Below, one piece after another: positions 1-5,963 of a stretch of DNA of 6,622 nucleotides. The position numbers were made by a program, and so were the translations under genes. The stretch is taken from positions 1 to 6,622 of IMG/VR virus record IMGVR_UViG_3300005859_000094; one strand, given 5' to 3'. The notes beneath the pieces are model-generated. The model made no database searches and was not told the DNA's origin. It worked only from the letters and a program-made list of their open reading frames with translations. Numbering within the stretch: position 1 is the first letter of the stretch; each line of letters begins with the position of its first letter.

Positions 1-346
1 GATAAAGATGATATTCCTTCAGTTGAAAATAGTTAGTTGAAATAGTTTTAATTTCGAGCAAATCGTTACCACAAATCAAGTCAATACGACCAGAGATTTT
101 CAGACCTTCTATTTCACCTTTAACTTCAATTTCAGCTTGACAATTCAATTTCTCAACAAAATAATTCTCAATTCTCTCATGATGAAGTTCTCCTAAGTCC
201 AAGACTAGCTCATTTATCCCTTTCTCAAATTCAAATTTTCTAGCAAAATATGATTTTCTAAAACAAACGCCAACTTCAGATGGAAATATTGTATTTTCTG
301 GATATTTGACTTTAAAACTTTGTCTTACAAAATCTTCATAATTCAT
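1..346 (-). CDS. Cas4-like (RecB/PD-(D/E)xK family) nuclease, SIRV2 gp19-like; 3' end lies outside the window
   Basis: Manual translation from ATG at 346: [34 protein letters not shown]...[10 protein letters not shown]...[18 protein letters not shown]...EYHLY. It shows Cas4-type motifs (PS-x-x-x-x-C-x-RK, G-x-x-x-H, GRID, EIK). An SD-like GGTGA lies at 353-357 (- strand), and the gene starts 2 nt after the ATPase stop. Confidence 0.9.
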   Translation of the reverse strand, partial: MNYEDFVRQSFKVKYPENTIFPSEVGVCFRKSYFARKFEFEKGINELVLDLGELHHERIENYFVEKLNCQAEIEVKGEIEGLKISGRIDLICGNDLLEIKTISTNYFQLKEYHLY

Positions 347-348
347 TC

Positions 349-1656
349 TTAATCACCAAGGTTTGAAAATCTCATGAAATTGTAAATCTGATTACAAATT
401 TCTTCTTTTTGTCTCTGACCGATTTGCAAATCTATATCTAGAGCTTGAAGTAAGATTTGTATGTCAATCGCTTGTTCTTGTCTTCTAGATTCCAAATTAT
501 CACAAACTATATAATTAGTTATATTGTTTATCTTTTGCTGAATTAGATCAATTAGAGCTTTCAAGATTGAGGGATATAGAACTCTAGCATTTATAATTTT
601 ATCATAAGTTTTCTTAATTGCAAGTTGGATAATATGAATTCTATCTAAAATTGCAGAAGTAAAAATTTGATAATTTACTAAATAATCTTCAACATCTGGA
701 TTTCTTAATTTGTTAATTGTCATAGAATATGGATTTCCGGCATAAATTATTGGAATACATTTTTGGATAGTTGAGGATTTTGATTCAGTTCCGGCTCCTC
801 TAGTCCATACACAATTTTCCAGACCGGTTGATAAAGTAGCATTTATCGCACCAAGTTCTTTTGTCGAAAATCCATCTTTCCAATTCTGGATTTCATCAAA
901 TATTAAGCCATTTGACAAAAACACTGCACCATACATATTATTTCTGGCATCATAAACTAGATTTGCATATGTTGGCGGTTCTGTATAATATCGGAAATTG
1001 AAAACTTCTTGCAAAATCATAAATGTTGTAGTTTTCCCAGTTCCACGATTTGAAATTTCTATATAGTTAATTTGACGTTTGGTAATTGGAGATTTAAAAA
1101 GTGGGAATAGACGTGGTAGAAATAGAAATATATCTTCAGTTTCCATTTTCATAACGTCATATCCGAATGCCTGAAATAGAAGAGCATACGTTTGATGTTC
1201 TTGATTTGCTAAGTCAAGAAGTTCTTTAGCAATTTCATAATTGTTCTGTGGTTCTATAGAATAAATATCATGAACATACCAGCCATTCACGCCTTTCCTA
1301 ATTTTGACAAACATATAAGAAGTTATTAAATTATAGAAATCTTCAGGATTATCAGCTATTTGATGAGGGTCAAAACTTCCTATAAATCCGTTTTGAAACT
1401 TAGCAATTACCATGTCATCTTTAACTTTAAAATTAGTAATTTTTGAGATAAATTTTATTTCATTATCAAATAGAAGATAGCTTTGGAAATATTGTTGATC
1501 AATTCCACGTTTGTAAGCTTTTAAAATCTCGATTTTCTTTCTCTCATCAATTTGTTTTCCAGAAAGAATGATGTTGAGAACTCTTTCAGTGTCTCGAGGG
1601 TTGTAAAAAAAAGAATGTTGTTTAACTTTTTCCAAGAACTGAGATGAACTGCTCAT
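349..1656 (-). CDS. AAA+ ATPase / putative helicase, SIRV2 gp18 (ORF436)-like; BrxL/MCM-related ATPase domain
   Basis: 435 aa with Walker A-like SNRGTGKTT, Walker B LIFDE, sensor-1-like YAGN and arginine-finger-like AILDRIH. It lies between the SSB and Cas4-like genes, as in rudiviruses. Confidence 0.88.
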   Translation of the reverse strand: MSSSSQFLEKVKQHSFFYNPRDTERVLNIILSGKQIDERKKIEILKAYKRGIDQQYFQSYLLFDNEIKFISKITNFKVKDDMVIAKFQNGFIGSFDPHQIADNPEDFYNLITSYMFVKIRKGVNGWYVHDIYSIEPQNNYEIAKELLDLANQEHQTYALLFQAFGYDVMKMETEDIFLFLPRLFPLFKSPITKRQINYIEISNRGTGKTTTFMILQEVFNFRYYTEPPTYANLVYDARNNMYGAVFLSNGLIFDEIQNWKDGFSTKELGAINATLSTGLENCVWTRGAGTESKSSTIQKCIPIIYAGNPYSMTINKLRNPDVEDYLVNYQIFTSAILDRIHIIQLAIKKTYDKIINARVLYPSILKALIDLIQQKINNITNYIVCDNLESRRQEQAIDIQILLQALDIDLQIGQRQKEEICNQIYNFMRFSNLGD

Positions 1657-1674
1657 AAAAAAAATAAAAATTTA

Positions 1675-1686
1675 TGACATTTTAAA
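1675..1686 (-). promoter_or_regulatory. TATA box + TGTCA element for the ATPase gene
   Basis: - strand TTTAAAATGTCA, ending 19 nt before the ATG at 1656. The TATA box overlaps the SSB stop codon. Confidence 0.7.
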
Positions 1687-2095
1687 ATTCATCTTCAACA
1701 TTCTTCTTTGTTTGTTTTTTCTGTTGTTTTTCTTCCTTTTGTGAAGATTTTTGTTGTTCTTCATTCTCTGTTAACTCTAATTCTTCTTCTTGAATTCTAT
1801 TGCCATTTCTTGGAGTAAACTTAACATATTCATTCAAAAGATCAGCATATTTTGTTAAGAATTCACTAATTAATCTTAAATCTTCAGCATCATTAGCAGT
1901 TATTCCAATTTGTTTCTTGAAATTATTTTGACTATGTATAGTCATTGAATATCTTATTTTTCCATTTTCTGGAATTGCATTTATTTGAACAACTATTCTC
2001 TTTAGACCTTTTATTTTTAAAATTCTAGATGCTGGTTTATTGTTTTGTTTTGCTTGTTGACTTAATTCATCAAATATTTCTTTTAAGGAAGCCAT
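1682..2095 (-). CDS. Single-stranded DNA-binding protein, SIRV2 gp17 (ORF131)-like
   Basis: 137 aa: basic N-terminal domain, low-complexity Q/K/E linker and acidic-aromatic C-terminus (VEDEF). First gene of the SSB-ATPase-nuclease block. SD-like GGGG at 2103-2106 (- strand). Confidence 0.82.
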   Translation of the reverse strand: MASLKEIFDELSQQAKQNNKPASRILKIKGLKRIVVQINAIPENGKIRYSMTIHSQNNFKKQIGITANDAEDLRLISEFLTKYADLLNEYVKFTPRNGNRIQEEELELTENEEQQKSSQKEEKQQKKQTKKNVEDEF

Positions 2096-2124
2096 TCTTA
2101 TTCCCCAATTATCAATATATAATA

Positions 2125-2137
2125 TGACAAATTTAAA
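2125..2137 (-). promoter_or_regulatory. TATA box + TGTCA element for the SSB operon
   Basis: - strand TTTAAATTTGTCA, ending 30 nt before the ATG at 2095. Confidence 0.75.
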
Positions 2138-2195
2138 TATTCACAAATATATAAGTTAGAATATTGTTTCTTATTTATGAGATAAATGTAAAATG

Positions 2196-2221
2196 TAATA
2201 TTCATTATATTTCAAATATGA
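2196..2221 (+). repeat. Dispersed copy of the repeat unit found at 6044-6190
   Basis: taatattcattatatttcaaatatga matches 6109-6134 (taatattctttatattttgaatatga) at 23 of 26 positions. Confidence 0.6.
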
Positions 2222-2255
2222 ATTTGTGAGATTGGGAAATAGGAGAAAAAAATAT

Positions 2256-2543
2256 TTAAATTAAATTAAGGAATATTGATCTTATTATTTTTACCGGTTT
2301 GATATTATATTTTTCTGACAATTTTTGCAATTTTTCATAATATAAATCATCTATTGTAAAAAATACTCTCTCGTCATAATTATCTTGACTTTCTATTATT
2401 CTAAATTCTTTTTCTTCATTTAAGATTTTATCTATCTCTTGTTTTATTTGTTCTCGTTTTTCATAAAAAAGACTTTTATATCTTGAAGGTATACGCAATT
2501 CTATATACTTATTTCTTTGCCTTTTCATAATTTTATATATCAT
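2256..2543 (-). CDS. Ribbon-helix-helix DNA-binding protein, possibly with tandem RHH units
   Basis: The C-terminal ERVFFTIDDLYYEKLQKLSEKYNIKPVKIIRSIF fits the RHH pattern, and the N-terminal KYIELRIP strand-helix looks like a degenerate second unit. ATG at 2543 is preferred over the track's TTG at 2546 because it lies 18 nt from a TGTCA element. Confidence 0.7.
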   Translation of the reverse strand: MIYKIMKRQRNKYIELRIPSRYKSLFYEKREQIKQEIDKILNEEKEFRIIESQDNYDERVFFTIDDLYYEKLQKLSEKYNIKPVKIIRSIFLNLI

Positions 2544-2560
2544 CAACCTTCATTTAAACT

Positions 2561-2582
2561 TGACATATACATTTAAATGTCA
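2561..2582. promoter_or_regulatory. Bidirectional promoter between the RHH gene and Rep
   Basis: TGACATATACATTTAAATGTCA has TGACA and TGTCA at its two ends and a perfect 12-bp palindrome ACATTTAAATGT (2569-2580). Each end is 18 nt from an ATG (2543 on -, 2600 on +). Confidence 0.75.
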
Positions 2583-2599
2583 GGTTTTTATTTTTGTTC

Positions 2600-2947
2600 A
2601 TGGATTGTAAAAAAGTTTTTAGCTATCACTTTCTTTATACTTATACATATTTTGTGACAATAACTACAAATTATCGTTACAATTCCACGATTCCGATTTA
2701 TAAAAAATTTCGGCAATATGTGTATAATCATGACTCATCAGCTCATATTTTTTCAGTTAAGGAATATACAACAAAATTTCACGGTCTTCATTATCATGTC
2801 CTAGTATTTACGAATAAAAAACTTGATTATTCTAGAGTTCACAAACATATGCCTCCGCATTCTGACATACATATTCAATTAGTCCCAAAAACAAAAAAAG
2901 ATATAAAAAAAGTTTTAACTTATATGTTAAAAAATCAAATCATTTAG
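2600..2947 (+). CDS. HUH-superfamily Rep initiator/nickase, SIRV1 ORF119 / SIRV2 gp16-like
   Basis: Motif I-like YFVTIT, HUH motif HGLHYHVLV and catalytic Tyr motif YMLK. ATG at 2600 is preferred over TTG at 2594 on promoter spacing. Confidence 0.9.
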   Translation: MDCKKVFSYHFLYTYTYFVTITTNYRYNSTIPIYKKFRQYVYNHDSSAHIFSVKEYTTKFHGLHYHVLVFTNKKLDYSRVHKHMPPHSDIHIQLVPKTKKDIKKVLTYMLKNQII

Positions 2948-3233
2948 ATTGTTGTTGGGAATTTTGGTTTTGTGAAACTTTTTTCTGAGCTAGATTATTT
3001 ACGTCTGAAAGTGTATCCATATTTAAAAGTGCATTTACGCCAAGAGTAGTTGTAGTTTTAATACTTTCAATTGCTGTAATAATAGCTTTTGTCATCTGAT
3101 CAATTGCATTTTGAAATGCCTCATTTGCTTGCTTTTGATTGTACAAATACACTATTTCACCTACAACATATGAACCTATCAATACGCTCATTAATATTAG
3201 AAATCCTTCTAGAGCTTCTGCAAATATGCTCAT
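2940..3233 (-). CDS. PVAP, virus-associated pyramid egress/lysis protein (SIRV2 P98 / STIV C92 family)
   Basis: 97 aa with an N-terminal TM helix followed by GEIVYLYNQKQANEAFQNAIDQMTK...AIESIK...G(V)NALLNMDTL, closely matching SIRV2 P98 as recalled. Confidence 0.9.
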   Translation of the reverse strand: MSIFAEALEGFLILMSVLIGSYVVGEIVYLYNQKQANEAFQNAIDQMTKAIITAIESIKTTTTLGVNALLNMDTLSDVNNLAQKKVSQNQNSQQQSK

Positions 3234-3291
3234 TTCAATTTCATATTAAATAAATTGCTTAGTAATAAATTTTCCACAAAAATTCGAAATA

Positions 3292-3304
3292 TATAAATAT
3301 GTCA
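3292..3304 (+). promoter_or_regulatory. TATA box + TGTCA element for the svtR-like/copG-like pair
   Basis: TATAAATATGTCA, ending 28 nt before the ATG at 3332. Confidence 0.75.
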
Positions 3305-3331
3305 TAATGTAAATTTTTGAGATGATAAAAA

Positions 3332-3493
3332 ATGGAGGCACAAACTAAGAAAGAAAAAGTAGTTTTCGGAATAAATATGGACAAAGAGCTAAAGAAGAAA
3401 TTGAAGGCTTATTGTGTTGAGCATGATATAACGATAACTGAAGCTATAGAAACTGCCATAAAAGAATATTTAGAAAAGAGGGGAGTTAAATGA
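3332..3493 (+). CDS. svtR: SvtR-like ribbon-helix-helix transcriptional repressor (53 aa; not in the ORF track)
   Basis: Manual translation MEAQTKKEKVVFGINMDKELKKKLKAYCVEHDITITEAIETAIKEYLEKRGVK. The pattern VFGIxMDKxLK...LKxYC...AIExAIKEYL matches SIRV1 P56b/SvtR as recalled. Confidence 0.85.
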   Translation: MEAQTKKEKVVFGINMDKELKKKLKAYCVEHDITITEAIETAIKEYLEKRGVK

Positions 3494-3648
3494 AGACGAT
3501 AACTATAAAAATTCCAGAAGATTTGTTAAAAGAATTAGATGAATATGCTAAAAAGCATGACCTTTATAGAGCTGAAGTTATAAGATCAGCAATTGAGGAA
3601 TTTCTGCAAACTCATGAAAGAGTTACTAAAGCAATGTATAAAAGCTAA
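3490..3648 (+). CDS. CopG-family ribbon-helix-helix regulator (52 aa; not in the ORF track)
   Basis: MKTITIKIPEDLLKELDEYAKKHDLYRAEVIRSAIEEFLQTHERVTKAMYKS is a typical CopG RHH. It has an ATGA overlap with the upstream gene and an SD-like GAGGGGAG at 3478-3485. Confidence 0.88.
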   Translation: MKTITIKIPEDLLKELDEYAKKHDLYRAEVIRSAIEEFLQTHERVTKAMYKS

Positions 3649-3682
3649 AAAATAAGAATTTATTAAGACAATTTATCTTTTT

Positions 3683-4198
3683 TTATTTAAATTTCGGTAA
3701 AGTAACATTTCTTTGATATTGATATTTTCCGTGATATGGTTTCTCAACTGGAGTTATTGTTTTAGCGAAAATTAGATGTAAAAATCTTTCTCCAACTTTT
3801 AATTTTACTGGAAATTCTGAGCCAACAACTTCAATTGTTAATTCGCCTTTAAATCCCGCATCAACAATAGTAGGCGGTATAGAAATTCCAAGTCTGGCAT
3901 AAGTAGAGCGTAGATTTACAAAAGCCATAACATCATTTGGAAGTTCTATATATTCCAGAGTTGTCATTAAAAGGTGTTCATGTGGTTGAACTATAATCTC
4001 GTTAGAATTTACAATTTCGTAAAAATCTTCTATATTGTCACCAGGCTCAAAAACTTTATCTGTCTTTTTTAATCTAGCAAATTGGTTTCCAATTCTTAAA
4101 TCTATGCCATTTTCCCTAACTATTTCTTCTGAATATGGTACTATTTTTATCCATTCTTTTTCCAGATAATATTTTAAATCTCTATCGCTTAAAATCAT
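3683..4198 (-). CDS. dUTPase / dCTP deaminase family (trimeric dUTPase fold), rudiviral dUTPase-like
   Basis: Motifs [39 protein letters not shown] and PYHGKYQ. Confidence 0.92.
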   Translation of the reverse strand: MILSDRDLKYYLEKEWIKIVPYSEEIVRENGIDLRIGNQFARLKKTDKVFEPGDNIEDFYEIVNSNEIIVQPHEHLLMTTLEYIELPNDVMAFVNLRSTYARLGISIPPTIVDAGFKGELTIEVVGSEFPVKLKVGERFLHLIFAKTITPVEKPYHGKYQYQRNVTLPKFK

Positions 4199-4225
4199 AG
4201 TTTATCGATTTCAAGATTCATTATA

Positions 4226-4238
4226 TGACAAATATATT
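4226..4238 (-). promoter_or_regulatory. TATA-like + TGTCA element for the dUTPase gene
   Basis: - strand AATATATTTGTCA, ending 28 nt before the ATG at 4198. Confidence 0.65.
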
Positions 4239-4250
4239 TTCAATTATTAT

Positions 4251-4481
4251 CTATTTTTTTATTTCTGGAATTTTTTTACATGCATCATCTTCAAAAAATT
4301 CTATATATTCATCGTCCATAGTTCCTAATGGGTCAAAATATTCAATTCTATAACATTTTTCACCACATCTTACATAACAACATCAATCTGTACAATACAT
4401 ATTGTCAAAATCGCATTCATCTTTAATACATGTTCTACATTCATCTTCAATTTTTTGATTTGAATTATCTTGTTTTTCCAT
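4251..4481 (-). pseudogene. Cys-rich acidic 76-codon ORF interrupted by an in-frame TGA at codon 33 (pseudogene, read-through or sequencing error)
   Basis: MEKQDNSNQKIEDECRTCIKDECDFDNMYCTD*CCYVRCGEKCYRIEYFDPLGTMDDEYIEFFEDDACKKIPEIKK(TAG), with the TGA at 4385-4383. It has its own TATA-TGTCA promoter and fills the gap between neighbouring genes. Confidence 0.65.
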
Positions 4482-4501
4482 AATTATTATTTAAAAAAAT
4501 A

Positions 4502-4514
4502 TGACATATATATT
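4502..4514 (-). promoter_or_regulatory. TATA box + TGTCA element for the Cys-rich ORF
   Basis: - strand AATATATATGTCA, ending 21 nt before the ATG at 4481. Confidence 0.7.
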
Positions 4515-4519
4515 TTTGA

Positions 4520-4762
4520 TTATACTTTTCTTTTTAATTTCTTAATTTCTGTTTCAAGTTCATCAATTCTTTCGTAAAGGTCATCAATCATATCTAATAG
4601 CCAAGTTAAAATTATAGCTAAAAAAATTGCTACAATTGCTGAAATTAGATCTATATCTTGTGAATTTTTTGACAAAATCTCTATAGAAAAAATTAAAAAC
4701 AAAGAATATATTGATATTAAAAGAGTTGAAAAAATATACAATAGATAAGTTAATTTATTCAT
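4520..4762 (-). CDS. Small membrane protein: two TM helices plus a C-terminal coiled coil
   Basis: 80 aa with two hydrophobic stretches (about residues 4-30 and 37-56), followed by the heptad-like DDLYERIDELETEIKKLKRKV. Confidence 0.75.
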   Translation of the reverse strand: MNKLTYLLYIFSTLLISIYSLFLIFSIEILSKNSQDIDLISAIVAIFLAIILTWLLDMIDDLYERIDELETEIKKLKRKV

Positions 4763-4789
4763 GATTAATCAGTTTTATTTTTCGTTATC

Positions 4790-4802
4790 TGACAAATAAA
4801 AA
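4790..4802 (-). promoter_or_regulatory. TATA-like + TGTCA element for the membrane protein gene; the T-run may double as terminator of the upstream gene
   Basis: - strand TTTTTATTTGTCA, ending 28 nt before the ATG at 4762. Confidence 0.55.
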
Positions 4803-4826
4803 AAATGAGGATTAAAAAATATTATC

Positions 4827-5609
4827 TTAAACAAGAGTTCTGCATAATGGACATTTATAAGTTCTTTTATATTTTTGTAGATAATAATTTGGGTCTTTCT
4901 GAATATCTCTGAAATATATTTTTTGATGATTATAAAATAGTCCTGAAACATTACCTCCTAGTTCTGTTTCAACATCTACAAATTTCTGAAAGAATTCGGG
5001 ATTCTTTAAAGCAAGTACTGCAAAGTCTGCTGGAGATTTAAACGCAGAACACCAGCATTCGTAAGCTTTGCCGTAAATATCATAAAGCGGATTCTTTTTT
5101 AAACCGTGAATTTTAATGTATTCTTCTACATCTTGTTCTGTAAAGTCATGAATTATTGCATAGCTCATAGCTTTAATTTGTTTGTTATAATAGATTTTCT
5201 GTGTTCTACTTTTTACCCAACTTTCATCTTTTCTAACGCCGGTAACTAATACAATTTCTTCTTTATCTTTTACGAAATCTTTTAAAGGTTTCAGTTTTAG
5301 ATAATATTTACACCATCTCCTTGTAATTGTAGGAAATCCAATTCTTTTTACTAGCTCAAAATAATCATATTTCGGGCCGATAATTGTCAATTCGACTCCT
5401 AATTCTTTACATGTTTCTTTTACATAATCTATAACTCCTGGAGTCGGAATTCCGGTATTTATAAATAATGCTTTCGTTTTTTCTGGGAAAATTGACTTTG
5501 TTAAATGTAGAGCAACTAACGAATCTTTTCCACCGCTGAACATTACATAAATTTCCTTGAAATTCTGTAAATCTTTTTTTGCTTCTTCAATTACTTTTTG
5601 CAGATCCAT
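4827..5609 (-). CDS. PAPS reductase family (CysH/DndC-like) PP-loop adenine nucleotide alpha-hydrolase
   Basis: 260 aa with PP-loop MFSGGKDS, FINTG, RRWCKYYLKLKP, TGVRKDES, a late ECWC and a C-terminal CPLC. Confidence 0.88.
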   Translation of the reverse strand: MDLQKVIEEAKKDLQNFKEIYVMFSGGKDSLVALHLTKSIFPEKTKALFINTGIPTPGVIDYVKETCKELGVELTIIGPKYDYFELVKRIGFPTITRRWCKYYLKLKPLKDFVKDKEEIVLVTGVRKDESWVKSRTQKIYYNKQIKAMSYAIIHDFTEQDVEEYIKIHGLKKNPLYDIYGKAYECWCSAFKSPADFAVLALKNPEFFQKFVDVETELGGNVSGLFYNHQKIYFRDIQKDPNYYLQKYKRTYKCPLCRTLV

Positions 5610-5629
5610 CTTGAAATTATTTAAATGTC

Positions 5630-5642
5630 TGACAAATATTAA
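5630..5642 (-). promoter_or_regulatory. TATA-like + TGTCA element for the PP-loop enzyme gene
   Basis: - strand TTAATATTTGTCA, ending 21 nt before the ATG at 5609. It overlaps the stop codon of the upstream ORF. Confidence 0.65.
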
Positions 5643-5932
5643 CCTTCATTCTTTTGTCCACAAAAAACATTGATTTCGAATATGTTATGATTATATCTCC
5701 AATTCACTTTTATTAATTCTGGATATCTAAAAGTTTTAATTATATAATTTACAATTCCTAGACCCTTTTTTTCATAAAATTTTATACTCACATTCATTTT
5801 AATTTTTATAGATACAAGATTATCATCTTCTAGAACTAGAAAATCATAGACGTTGTCAGAGTAACGGCTTTTTAACCATTTAAAAACTTGAACTGTATAT
5901 TTTCTACATTCATAAATTGCTAAATCATTCAT
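5639..5932 (-). CDS. Hypothetical viral protein (97 aa, alpha/beta)
   Basis: Intact ORF with an ATG start and its own TATA-TGTCA promoter. No motif recognised. Confidence 0.75.
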   Translation of the reverse strand: MNDLAIYECRKYTVQVFKWLKSRYSDNVYDFLVLEDDNLVSIKIKMNVSIKFYEKKGLGIVNYIIKTFRYPELIKVNWRYNHNIFEINVFCGQKNEG

Positions 5933-5950
5933 ATTTTAAACTTTATTATG

Positions 5951-5963
5951 TGACAATTTAAAA
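5951..5963 (-). promoter_or_regulatory. TATA box + TGTCA element for the 97-aa ORF
   Basis: - strand TTTTAAATTGTCA, ending 19 nt before the ATG at 5932. Confidence 0.75.

Noticed and set aside
1-346. Cas4-like gene as evidence of a CRISPR-Cas locus
   Set aside because: No other cas genes are present. Solo Cas4-like nucleases beside SSB and ATPase genes are a normal rudivirus feature.
1700-1795. Repetitive ttg/ttc-rich tract as a DNA repeat element
   Set aside because: Explained by the Q/K/E-rich low-complexity tail of the SSB protein.
2544-2599. TTG starts given by the ORF track (2546 and 2594)
   Set aside because: In-frame ATGs at 2543 and 2600 are each 18 nt from TGTCA, matching the spacing at other genes.
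2600-2947. IS200/IS605 TnpA transposase or plasmid Rep mobile element
   Set aside because: The HUH and Tyr motifs are shared with those families, but there is no tnpB and no element ends, and the context fits the rudiviral Rep.
4383-4385. Genome-wide TGA reassignment or selenoprotein call
   Set aside because: TGA acts as a normal stop at 3491-3493, no SECIS-like hairpin was recognised, and the likely hosts are not known to use Sec.
4827-5609. cysH as a sulfate-assimilation auxiliary metabolic gene
   Set aside because: It lacks the C-terminal ECGLH catalytic motif and has no pathway neighbours, so no gene symbol was assigned.
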